Virus record (IMG/VR): IMGVR_UViG_3300025018_000036
Location: 1-43,795 of that record
Direction: 5' to 3' (one strand)
Source of the DNA: a virus
Length of the DNA: 43,795 nucleotides
In this document: positions 24,219-32,644 of the stretch, in pieces
Numbering within the stretch: position 1 is the stretch's first letter
How the letters are laid out: each line of letters starts with the position of its first letter
The notes under the pieces: model-generated
Databases searched by the model: none
Told to the model about the DNA's origin: nothing
Seen by the model: only the letters and a program-made list of their open reading frames with translations
Program-made: the position numbers and the translations under genes

Positions 24219-24766
24219 AGGCTCACCACCTTCTTGTAATTGGACATCACGGTGCGCACACCGGCGCTGAAGTCCTTCTGTGAGAAGGTGATGGTTTCCC
24301 CCGCGAGGCCCTTGCTCACGAGGCCAATACGGTCCTTCTCCTTGTACCGGGCACTCACCAGTTCGATGCAAGCCTGCGCGAGCTCGGGTGGCGTCACGGC
24401 ATATCCTGCCGTGTAGCTGATGAGCACATTCTGCACGCCACGGTCAAACACGTAGAAGCCCCGCAGGCTCAGCCGGGTGGCGCTGAACACGTACCCCGAA
24501 GACAGGGCACCCGTGGAGGCCGGGATGGGGACATCGTTGATGGACACGCCGGATACGGCTGTGACCGGGTAGTCTGCAAAGGACAGGTGGATACCGTCGT
24601 GTCCGTCGCGGTATTCGGTGTAGGAGCCGGAGGCAATTACGCGGTTCATCCACGTCTGCATTGCCCCCGACGCAGCCGACACCAGCCGGGTCAGCAGGGC
24701 GTCATCCGCCGTGCCCGTGACTTTGAGCCATTCCTTCACGCTGGCAAGGGTTGTCAAGTCGGCCAT
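24215..24766 (-). CDS. Head-tail connector (gp6-like / DNA-packaging adaptor)
   Basis: The N-terminal LASVKEWLKVTGTADDALLTRLVSAAS is typical of gp6-like head-tail connector proteins. Confidence 0.65.
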   Translation of the reverse strand: MADLTTLASVKEWLKVTGTADDALLTRLVSAASGAMQTWMNRVIASGSYTEYRDGHDGIHLSFADYPVTAVSGVSINDVPIPASTGALSSGYVFSATRLSLRGFYVFDRGVQNVLISYTAGYAVTPPELAQACIELVSARYKEKDRIGLVSKGLAGETITFSQKDFSAGVRTVMSNYKKVVSL

Positions 24767-24781
24767 GTCGGGGGTCCCCGG

Positions 24782-25033
24782 TTATGCGCTCTTGGTGCGC
24801 GGTTGCAAAGGTGTCGCGGCGACCTCTGGACGGTCGCTGGCGACGTCGTTGTCGGTAGGGCTCGGCAATACCATCGGGACCGGGGTGTAGCCGAGCCCTT
24901 GCAGGTGGCTAAAGTCCCCGTCAGCAGGCAGCGTCAGGACAGGCCCGTGCACCTTGTCCACCGTGACACCGTGCCAGCCACCCGCGATGAACAGGCCCGT
25001 TTCCCCGGCTGGGGCTTTGTACAGTTGCTTCAT
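24782..25033 (-). CDS. Small head-region protein, paralogue B (83 aa)
   Basis: KAPAGETG...G..V....HG.V..P......L...GY.PV shares its pattern with the adjacent upstream gene. ATGA overlap. Confidence 0.5.
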   Translation of the reverse strand: MKQLYKAPAGETGLFIAGGWHGVTVDKVHGPVLTLPADGDFSHLQGLGYTPVPMVLPSPTDNDVASDRPEVAATPLQPRTKSA

Positions 25034-25284
25034 TTCTTCCCGCCTTTCTTGCTGGCTGCGGCTGCGGCATCGGCTTCCGCCTGTGCTGCGTTCTCTGCCT
25101 TGATACGGGCATCGACCTCTTCGTCGGTCTCCTGCGCCACATCAGCGACAGGCTCGTACCCGTGGCTCTTCAGGTCCACTACGGCTGCGTCCGGCACGGT
25201 CACATGACCAGCGTCGTCAACATCGTAGGCTTCACCCGCATGGGAACAGCCTGTGGCTCCTTCGGGTGCTTTCATCTTTGGCAT
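25030..25284 (-). CDS. Small head-region protein, paralogue A (84 aa) with Ala/Lys-rich tail
   Basis: ATG 25284 has 6-nt spacing from GGAG. The ATG at 25290 abuts the RBS. Motif: KAPEGATGCSHAGEAYDVDDAGHVTVPDAAVVDLKSHGYEPV. Confidence 0.5.
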   Translation of the reverse strand: MPKMKAPEGATGCSHAGEAYDVDDAGHVTVPDAAVVDLKSHGYEPVADVAQETDEEVDARIKAENAAQAEADAAAAASKKGGKK

Positions 25285-25355
25285 ACTCATCTCCTAAGTA
25301 AAAAGAGGCCCCCAGCGTACCGGGAGCCTCAGGGGGTTGCAGGCCGAGGCCCGGA

Positions 25356-26963
25356 TCAGCCGTTGGCGATGTTGTTGATCACGCCCATGGCGAACGGAGC
25401 GTAGACCGCCAGCACTTCTTCAGCGTAGACGCCGAACTCGTGCGCACGGGTGCGCAGAGGCCAGTCAATCTGATAGTAGTCCTGGCGAACCTTCACTTCG
25501 GCCACGTTGGGCACGTTGTTCGACTGGTACTGCATGGGCAGGTTCTCGCACCAGCCGATGATCGTTCCGGCCGGGAGGGTCGGGTGAATCTTGATCGGGA
25601 TGCGCATGCCTTCCATGGCAAACGGGTTGAAGTACCAGCCGACCACACCACCAGCCATCATTCCCTGATAGCCCGAGGCCGGGTCAGTGAAGATTTGCAG
25701 AAGTGCGTTGCTGCCCGGACCGGTGAGGGCCTTCTTGCTGATGTTGTCCAACTCCTGCGCGTTCACGTAGATGACGGTCGGGCTGACTTGGTAGTTGTCC
25801 CACATGCTGCGGAGCATGACGTCGATCTCGGTGATGGTGCCACGGGTGGAGGCAGTCAACGCCGTGCCAGTGCCAGCAGTGCCAGTCGCCAGCGTGTTCA
25901 CGTACGCACCAGAGCCAGACGCGAGCGCCGAGTAGATCAGGCCATTGAAGCCCAGCGAGTTGACCGACTTGTCGCCAGCCGTGACGGCCGAAGCTGCCTG
26001 ACCCGTGCCTGCCAGTGCAGTCGTGAAGGCGGCGGAGTTGATCGTGGTGATCTTCTCCAGCTTCTCGTTGCCGGAAGTGCCGACGAACCATGCGTACCCC
26101 ATGGCACCGTTGATGGCAGGGGTGGAAGCGAACAGCGTCTGGCCCAGCGTGACCGCCTGACCCGAACTGCCTGCCGACTTGACGGACGAACCACCGTTCA
26201 GCGTGTAGGTCTGACCATCGGCACCGGTGATGGTGCTGGACAACGGAACACCGTTTGCCAACGACGCGCCACGGAAGCCTTCACCGGTCAGCGCAACCAC
26301 GATCACGACATAGGTCGCAGCCGCAAGAGTGGCACCAGTGCCCGAGGCCGACACCGTGGGTGCCGTGGGGGTGCCGAGGGCGACGCTGGCGTTGCCGAGC
26401 AGCAAGGCATTTTCTTCCTTGAGCATCATCTTCTGCAGCACGCGCATGGAGGCAGTGGAGCGCACGTCCTCGAACGTACGACCGGCCGACACAGCTTCGA
26501 ACGTGACTTGGTCTTCTTCGCCGATGGTGCGGTACGAGGCAGCGACGTCCACTGCGGTGTACGACATGCGTGCCGTGCGCTGACCTTCAGCAACCCAGCC
26601 CATCGAGTCGAAGCCCGAACCAACGATTGCCCGGATGGCTTTCCAGTTGGTGGCAGTACCCACACCCCCGCCCACGCGCGGAATGCGGTTGCGGATTGGC
26701 GTGTTCACCGGGTACAGGTTCTTCGCAGGCCCTTGCAGGTCATACGCCACCAGCCCAGTCGCCTGATTCACGGTCTTGGCGATGTTGTCGTCGCCGGTTG
26801 CCAGAGCACCCTTCATCAACTTGAGCGTGTCGTCCGTGACGTTGCCCACCAATGCGCCAGCCATCGCCACTTCAGGCGACACGATGCCGTGCATGTACAG
26901 CACACCAATGACGGCTGCGAACAGCAGACGCCCGAGGTTGCCAAAAGTCAAATAACTCTTCAT
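25356..26963 (-). CDS. Major capsid protein (HK97-fold candidate, 535 aa)
   Basis: Strong RBS AAGGAG lies 7 nt upstream of ATG 26963. It follows the protease-scaffold gene. LVAYDLQGPAKNLYPVNTPIRNRIPR and the Gly/Ala/Thr-rich middle insertion are consistent with a capsid protein carrying an extra domain. Confidence 0.75.
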   Translation of the reverse strand: MKSYLTFGNLGRLLFAAVIGVLYMHGIVSPEVAMAGALVGNVTDDTLKLMKGALATGDDNIAKTVNQATGLVAYDLQGPAKNLYPVNTPIRNRIPRVGGGVGTATNWKAIRAIVGSGFDSMGWVAEGQRTARMSYTAVDVAASYRTIGEEDQVTFEAVSAGRTFEDVRSTASMRVLQKMMLKEENALLLGNASVALGTPTAPTVSASGTGATLAAATYVVIVVALTGEGFRGASLANGVPLSSTITGADGQTYTLNGGSSVKSAGSSGQAVTLGQTLFASTPAINGAMGYAWFVGTSGNEKLEKITTINSAAFTTALAGTGQAASAVTAGDKSVNSLGFNGLIYSALASGSGAYVNTLATGTAGTGTALTASTRGTITEIDVMLRSMWDNYQVSPTVIYVNAQELDNISKKALTGPGSNALLQIFTDPASGYQGMMAGGVVGWYFNPFAMEGMRIPIKIHPTLPAGTIIGWCENLPMQYQSNNVPNVAEVKVRQDYYQIDWPLRTRAHEFGVYAEEVLAVYAPFAMGVINNIANG

Positions 26964-26989
26964 TTCAATCTCCTTGTTTCAACGAACCA

Positions 26990-28423
26990 CTATGCGAGGC
27001 GTTTTCCGCCTTGCGAGAACACTTTCCGCATTTCGTAGGAAGCACGTTCGACGGTTCCCTCAGCGGGCACGTCCTCGGCTTTCTCCACGTTGGTTTGGAC
27101 GGCGGACTCGTCCTCTTTGTTGATGGTCACTGCTTTCAGGAGGGCCTTCCCGTGAGCAGGTTGCTTGCCGTACTTCTGGACCGTTGCCGTTAGGTCCGCG
27201 ATATCCTTTCTGGCCTTCTCGAGGGCCTCGTTAAGTGGCGCGATTGCTGCGGAGACAGCCTTGTTCAAGGTGTCCTCCGACGTGTTTGTTGGCTGAACGA
27301 TACCATTGGTATCGTCAGTGGCTGTTTTGGCGACCTTTGTGGCGTCAGCCTCGGGGGTAGCCTCGGCGGCTGCGGCTGGTGGCTCTGTGCCGACGGCTTT
27401 GGAGGCTGCGTCGTCGGGTGCGTCCTCCGCCTCGGCGTACTTGAGGGCGTCCAGGTGCTCCGTGGCGGCTTTGCAGGCCTCGTGGATGCTGCCGAGCGCT
27501 GCCTTGGTGGCCTTGCTGAACTTGGCCCCCGCCTTGGTCAGGTCGTCAGCCTCCATGGCCTTTGCCATCTTGGTTGCAGCCATCTGGATGACCTCGGGCG
27601 TGCCCGCAGCCGCCGACAAGTTGGACACCAGTTCGTCGCACTCTTCCTTCGCCATGGCGGTGAAGATAGCCATGCCGTCCTTGAGCCACTGCAGGATGGA
27701 CGCGGGGAGGGGGCTGTTGTCGCCCTCGTACTGGCTCTCCCATGCCGTGTCTTCGGCAAGGTAGCCGATAGATTGCAGCACTTCAGCGAACCGGGACACC
27801 CCGAAGAGACCCTTGCCCAACGGCTGGTCCACCGATACCACTGGTTCCGGCTCCACAACAGGCTCTTCGGCGGGTGCCTTGCTGGCCTTGATCAGGTCCA
27901 GGATTTGGGCAGGCGTGATTTCACCCTTGTCCAGGATCTCAGCGAGCTCCTCGACGTCGTCCTCGGGGGTGCTTTCCAGCTTTGCCAGCTTGAACACCGC
28001 CTCCGGATTGGCAGGCCGGTCCACCAGCGAGACCTCGTACAGGTGGATGCCCTTGATGATCTTCTTGTCCATCGTGTCACGCTCGGTGACCTTGCCCCCG
28101 ATGGAGAAGCCCTTGTACACGCCCGTATTCACCTTCAAGATGGCGATGGGGTCCACCACATGCGCGGAGAACAGGGTCTTGCCCGTGCTCTCCTCGATGC
28201 TGGCCGAGATAGCCGTGCCTGCGGCCGAGGCTTGGTGCATTTCACGCACGGCACCGAACTTCATGTAGTCGGGCAGTGCAGCCCGCATGCAGTCGGTCGT
28301 GACGGTTTCACCATCGTCGTCCTTGTTTCCGGTGGATGCGTAGCCTGAGACGTGCAACGTGCCGTCGTCTTGGGCTTCCACCTTGTTGATCTCGGCATAG
28401 ATGCGCTTCTTGGCTTTGCTCAT
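26990..28423 (-). CDS. Prohead protease (HK97 family) fused to an acidic helical scaffold domain
   Basis: The N-terminal ~160 aa carry VSGYAS...DDDGETV...AVREMHQ...FSIGG...YEVSLVDRPANP. The remainder is Ala/Glu/Asp/Lys-rich and helical. ATGA overlap with the portal stop. Confidence 0.7.
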   Translation of the reverse strand: MSKAKKRIYAEINKVEAQDDGTLHVSGYASTGNKDDDGETVTTDCMRAALPDYMKFGAVREMHQASAAGTAISASIEESTGKTLFSAHVVDPIAILKVNTGVYKGFSIGGKVTERDTMDKKIIKGIHLYEVSLVDRPANPEAVFKLAKLESTPEDDVEELAEILDKGEITPAQILDLIKASKAPAEEPVVEPEPVVSVDQPLGKGLFGVSRFAEVLQSIGYLAEDTAWESQYEGDNSPLPASILQWLKDGMAIFTAMAKEECDELVSNLSAAAGTPEVIQMAATKMAKAMEADDLTKAGAKFSKATKAALGSIHEACKAATEHLDALKYAEAEDAPDDAASKAVGTEPPAAAAEATPEADATKVAKTATDDTNGIVQPTNTSEDTLNKAVSAAIAPLNEALEKARKDIADLTATVQKYGKQPAHGKALLKAVTINKEDESAVQTNVEKAEDVPAEGTVERASYEMRKVFSQGGKRLA

Positions 28424-30807
28424 GATTCGGTTTCCTCTTCGGTTAATATGGGAAGGATGTCACATCGGCAGTTGGGATGCAGGGGTGGCCCATCGCCGCC
28501 ATCACCGGGGAAGTCTTCTTCCAACCCCACGATGACACCGTCCAGGTCGTTGCAGTCGTCGCAGTATTCATCCTGGGCAATTATCCACTGTTTTCCCTGC
28601 ACCACTCCTGAAGCCTTGTACCCCTCGAGGTTCCCCTGCACATCTGCGTATGCGGATTCTGTTCGGGCAATGGTTTCGGCTCGTGCGGGGTCGAACGCAT
28701 AGTTGTCTTCCAGTGCTGCGGCGAGCGTGTCTGTGGACCAGCCGCCTTCGATGCTCTCAGCGAGGGTACTCTGCACCATATCCCGCGTCGCATCTTCCAG
28801 CTGAGTGATCAACTGGGCACTGCGCTCACGAGCGTACTCTGCCGCCTTCTTGTGCACCTGTGCAAGCTGGTCCTCCGTGACCTCGGCGATCACCTGTGCC
28901 AGTGCCGTTTCGCTACCGTCGGCGGCCATCTCCAGCAGGATCTCCGCTAGGTCTGGGGCGAGGTCCGTGAGCTCGGCAAAGGTGAGCTCCTTCAGCATGC
29001 GCTTCACGCCTGCCGTTGTGGTGATCGCCTTGCCGACCTTGTCACCGAGCTCCTTTGCCAGCCTCTTTCCCAGCGCAGACAGGGCATCGGTCATCAGCGT
29101 ATTGATAGCGTTTACGGACGCCTGAACCGCCTTCCGGTTGCGATCGACGCGAGGGGTGGCCTTGCGCAGAGCCGCCCCCAGATACTTTCCCACCGGCTCT
29201 TCCGTACCTCCCTCATCTGGCTTGCTGCCTGGAGGCTTGGGTGGCCCACCGTTGGGGGGCGGGGCCATACCGAAGCCCATGGGGGGCGGAGGCGGTTTCA
29301 GCTTCTCCTGTTGTTCGGGCGTCAGGGGGTCCAGGCCCAGCTTCTCGCGGATCTCGTCCACATCCATCACGCTGGCTGTCTTGTACCCGGTGAGTACCTT
29401 CATCTGTGTCTCAGGGCTGGCTTCGTCGTCCTCCTCCCAACGGAACTCCATATCCGTGTACCCGAAGTACTTCCAGATCACGTAGTCCACAAGGTTCTTC
29501 ACCCAGTTCATCACGGGCAACAGGCCCTCGGCCATGGCGGAGTCCTGTGCAGACTCGGCAGTGGCCCGGTTCATCTGTTTGACAAACGCCTGCGGGCTAA
29601 GGCTGAAGGCAAAGCAGATCACACGGGCCAGCCACTCGTCGTATTCGCCCTTCAGGTCGGGCGTTTGGGTGGCGGTGAAGGACATGCCTCCGGGCACGAA
29701 CTTTGCGTGCCTGCGGGACGCAGTGTTGCCCTCCATGATGCTGTCCCAGTACTCCTGGAACATCTTGATCTGGTCGGGGTTCCACTCCGGAGGCACGCCA
29801 ATCATCGCTTCAGGGATGTTGCCCTCGGTGTAATACTGGAGCTGACTGATCTGCCGCCGGATGGCGATGTTGACCGTCATGATCACCTGCTCCACCGGCG
29901 ACAACCCGTACACCTTGTGAGTGCGCACGTTGCGGGGTTTGTAGATGAGCTCATCACGGCTGTAATCCACCGCAGGCATGCCCTTCAGGATCTGTTGGTA
30001 CGCCACATCCGGCGGAAGGGGTGTGCGGCCGGACTGATCGATGACACGTTTCACCGTTGTGCCGTCCACCAGCTCCAGCGAATACAAGCTGCCATCGTTG
30101 GTCATGCGGGGGTACAGGGTGGCAGCATCCACCACCAGCATATCCTCCAGCAAGGCCCGCAACCACGTCTCCCAGTCGTGCTCCTGATCAGGGAAGGCGA
30201 AGAAGGTGCGCAACTCCTCCACGCGGGGGTCCTGCTTCGGGACCTCGGGGATTTCCGGTGGCTTGGGTGCACCAGTGGGGGGCATAGGCGGAGCACCGGC
30301 TGGCAATTTCGGGTCTGTGGGCTGCGCAGGGGCACCGGCGGAGGGGGTAGGCTCCGCCGTGGGTGCTGGCGTCGCCTGTGCCTGTTTTGCTGCCTCCTTG
30401 GCTTTGGCAGCACGGGCTTCCAGCTTCTTCTGCTTCTCTATCTCCGGCTTGAGGCCAAACGTCCACCGCATCTTGGACATCTGGTCCTTGCGGGTTTCAA
30501 TCGCCAGCCGGAGCAGGTCGTAGTTGTCGGCCAGTGCCCGCATCTGCCCGAACACCACCACTTCGCCATCGCGGGGGCTTCGACGCAGGTTGTGCGTGAC
30601 CGGGAAGTCGAACTGCCTGCCCGGTACGCCTTCCTTGTCCTGCGCCTGCGGGGCCAGTGGTTGTCCCGGACCGAACCATTCCTTGGAGGGGTTGCCCGTG
30701 ATGATGAACTTCACCCCCTGTACCACCCGGTCAATGATGCTGGCCTCGACCGGGCTCTTGGTGCCATCCCCCATACGTGCACCGGGGGTTCCGCCATTCT
30801 TTGCCAT
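28420..30807 (-). CDS. Portal protein (DUF935/Mu gp29-like) fused to a Mu gpF / SPP1 gp7-like head-morphogenesis domain
   Basis: The portal core carries YGLSPVEQVIMTVNIAIRRQISQLQYYTEGNIPEAMIGVP. The C-terminus carries GGDGPPLHPNCRCDILP, the gp7/MuF signature. Pro-rich linkers separate the parts. Confidence 0.8.
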   Translation of the reverse strand: MAKNGGTPGARMGDGTKSPVEASIIDRVVQGVKFIITGNPSKEWFGPGQPLAPQAQDKEGVPGRQFDFPVTHNLRRSPRDGEVVVFGQMRALADNYDLLRLAIETRKDQMSKMRWTFGLKPEIEKQKKLEARAAKAKEAAKQAQATPAPTAEPTPSAGAPAQPTDPKLPAGAPPMPPTGAPKPPEIPEVPKQDPRVEELRTFFAFPDQEHDWETWLRALLEDMLVVDAATLYPRMTNDGSLYSLELVDGTTVKRVIDQSGRTPLPPDVAYQQILKGMPAVDYSRDELIYKPRNVRTHKVYGLSPVEQVIMTVNIAIRRQISQLQYYTEGNIPEAMIGVPPEWNPDQIKMFQEYWDSIMEGNTASRRHAKFVPGGMSFTATQTPDLKGEYDEWLARVICFAFSLSPQAFVKQMNRATAESAQDSAMAEGLLPVMNWVKNLVDYVIWKYFGYTDMEFRWEEDDEASPETQMKVLTGYKTASVMDVDEIREKLGLDPLTPEQQEKLKPPPPPMGFGMAPPPNGGPPKPPGSKPDEGGTEEPVGKYLGAALRKATPRVDRNRKAVQASVNAINTLMTDALSALGKRLAKELGDKVGKAITTTAGVKRMLKELTFAELTDLAPDLAEILLEMAADGSETALAQVIAEVTEDQLAQVHKKAAEYARERSAQLITQLEDATRDMVQSTLAESIEGGWSTDTLAAALEDNYAFDPARAETIARTESAYADVQGNLEGYKASGVVQGKQWIIAQDEYCDDCNDLDGVIVGLEEDFPGDGGDGPPLHPNCRCDILPILTEEETES

Positions 30808-30819
30808 GTTGTTCTTCCT

Positions 30820-31617
30820 CTATCGTTTCGTTTTGATGGTAGATACCTGAGGCTTCAAATGGGCACCTAGAACTTCAGGAGCCGTGTGAGGGCCTTCCCA
30901 TATCTTGACATTCCGATAATACACGGAGTGCTCAGATATGCTGCCCTGTGCCGGAGCCGTGTCGTACAAACCCATCTTGAAATACGGGCGGTCGACGTCC
31001 GGATAACCTGTGGCCCTGTTCCACTCTTGAACCACCCGACGTCCATCGTACCCAACTTCCAGAAAACCTCCGGAATCTTCCGACCACTTCACATGCAAGA
31101 CACACTGTGTCCACCGACCAAGTACCAGCGCAACCGCAGCGATCTCCCTGTCTGCGGCGAGCTCCGCCGGGGCGTTTGCTGGAACACTGATATACAGCCG
31201 ATTCGCATCCGCTGTCATGGCGAAGTTAACCGCCTTTACCACGGGTTCACCAACGTCCGGATCATCGTGCATCTGCTGCACCATTATCGGATGGTCTACG
31301 TACCAGTCCAACGGCAAGAACATATCCCACACGTACCAACGCTCCGCCGCCACACCGACCAAGGTCACACCCTTGTCACAATCCATCTCGCTTCTAATCT
31401 TGCCATACGTGATGCCGTGTGTGGCTTTGATAGTGGCTTTCATAGACCAGCCACCGTCGGGGGCTATGGCGGGCACAACCGCGTCCGGTATGCCGTTCGG
31501 TGCGTTTATTGTGGATATGGCCTGACTTCCGTTTGGTCCAGTGGCCGCGTTTCCCTGAATTATGAAACCCGGTTGGAAGGTAGGGGCATCGAATGGGATA
31601 TCAACTACGATAGACAT
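30820..31617 (-). CDS. Polysaccharide lyase-like protein (PL7 / Polysacc_lyase jelly-roll)
   Basis: The RSEM, VQQMH and YFKMGLYDT blocks correspond to the PL7 alginate-lyase signatures R[ST]EL, QIH and YFKAG.Y. Start ATG 31617 lies just after the upstream stop. Confidence 0.55.
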   Translation of the reverse strand: MSIVVDIPFDAPTFQPGFIIQGNAATGPNGSQAISTINAPNGIPDAVVPAIAPDGGWSMKATIKATHGITYGKIRSEMDCDKGVTLVGVAAERWYVWDMFLPLDWYVDHPIMVQQMHDDPDVGEPVVKAVNFAMTADANRLYISVPANAPAELAADREIAAVALVLGRWTQCVLHVKWSEDSGGFLEVGYDGRRVVQEWNRATGYPDVDRPYFKMGLYDTAPAQGSISEHSVYYRNVKIWEGPHTAPEVLGAHLKPQVSTIKTKR

Positions 31618-31621
31618 ACGA

Positions 31622-32644
31622 CTACCATTCGAATTTGGAAACCAACGCTGTCGGGTCCCTGTGCAACCGAGCAATCATGGCGTCCTCAGACCCGGTAAGA
31701 CCCAGTCCAGCCGCACGACGAAGAACATGCAGCGCTCGGGTCTGAGACTGCACTCCAAAGATATTCCCACCAGATATCTGCCCGTTCGTGCTCAGTTTGA
31801 GCGTCTTGTTTGCGTAGCTGAAGTCTGGAGCGTTTCCAGAAGCATACGTCAGGTAGTTCGAAGAGAACGAATCATCCCGATAGCCGTCCACGTACATTCC
31901 GTACTTCCTCGTCACGCCATCTAACACGACAGCGAACGTATGCTCCACCGCAGCTTCCGCCACAGTCCGGGCAGTGGTCCCCCCCGCGAAAAGGGCACCT
32001 GCACTGTCACGCAGATTGAACTTCGCTTTGCCTGTAGAAGTCGTTTTCAGTTCCATGCCGTGAGACTGCACTGGCCCAACTAAGTCCCCATTGTCACCAA
32101 ACAATGCTTGATCCGACGCCTCGGGTGTTGAAAAACCACGCCAGAAAACACACAGTGATTCCCCCGCACCATAGTCGAAATTGATAGGAGGTATCTGCAA
32201 CACCGTGTTCAGCCCTGTTGGGTTTGCAATTGTCAGCAATCCAGGGGTTGCCCACGCAGCCGCAGCCGTAAGACCAGCCATGAAAACACCGTGATTACCC
32301 ATGCCGGATTGATCGTAGAAGGAAGTCGCACTTGCGATTTGATCCCGTGCCCATCCAGCGAAGTGATAACTCGGGCTCACGACAGACTGTGGGTTCGTCG
32401 GGTACACAGAAGCCCCCGTGTTGTCTACCAGTTTCAACCCCCCGTATCCGTCTGGCGCGTACTGAGGCAACGAGCGGACCCACTGGTCCGTGTCGTCGTC
32501 AGACAAGCATCCGGCTTCTTGCAGGGCAACTTCCTCGATACCGTCTCGGGGGTAAAACCACCCATCGCTCGAGGCTTCCTTTCGGACGCCAGTGTTCAGG
32601 GAAATCGTTTGAGCAAACAAAGGGAGGCGATAACGACGGGTCAT
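31622..32644 (-). CDS. LamG / concanavalin-A-like jelly-roll domain protein
   Basis: The beta-rich 340-aa protein has a pattern typical of LamG-like domains (ESLCVFWRGF...GMELKTTSTGKAKFNLRD...HTFAVVLDG...YGMYVDG). ATGA overlap with the TerL stop. The family call is tentative. Confidence 0.45.
   Translation of the reverse strand: MTRRYRLPLFAQTISLNTGVRKEASSDGWFYPRDGIEEVALQEAGCLSDDDTDQWVRSLPQYAPDGYGGLKLVDNTGASVYPTNPQSVVSPSYHFAGWARDQIASATSFYDQSGMGNHGVFMAGLTAAAAWATPGLLTIANPTGLNTVLQIPPINFDYGAGESLCVFWRGFSTPEASDQALFGDNGDLVGPVQSHGMELKTTSTGKAKFNLRDSAGALFAGGTTARTVAEAAVEHTFAVVLDGVTRKYGMYVDGYRDDSFSSNYLTYASGNAPDFSYANKTLKLSTNGQISGGNIFGVQSQTRALHVLRRAAGLGLTGSEDAMIARLHRDPTALVSKFEW

Noticed and set aside
28420-28700. 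Polymorphic-toxin cargo fused after the MuF domain
   Set aside because: The ORF ends ~15 residues after the HPNCRC box, so there is no room for an extra C-terminal domain.
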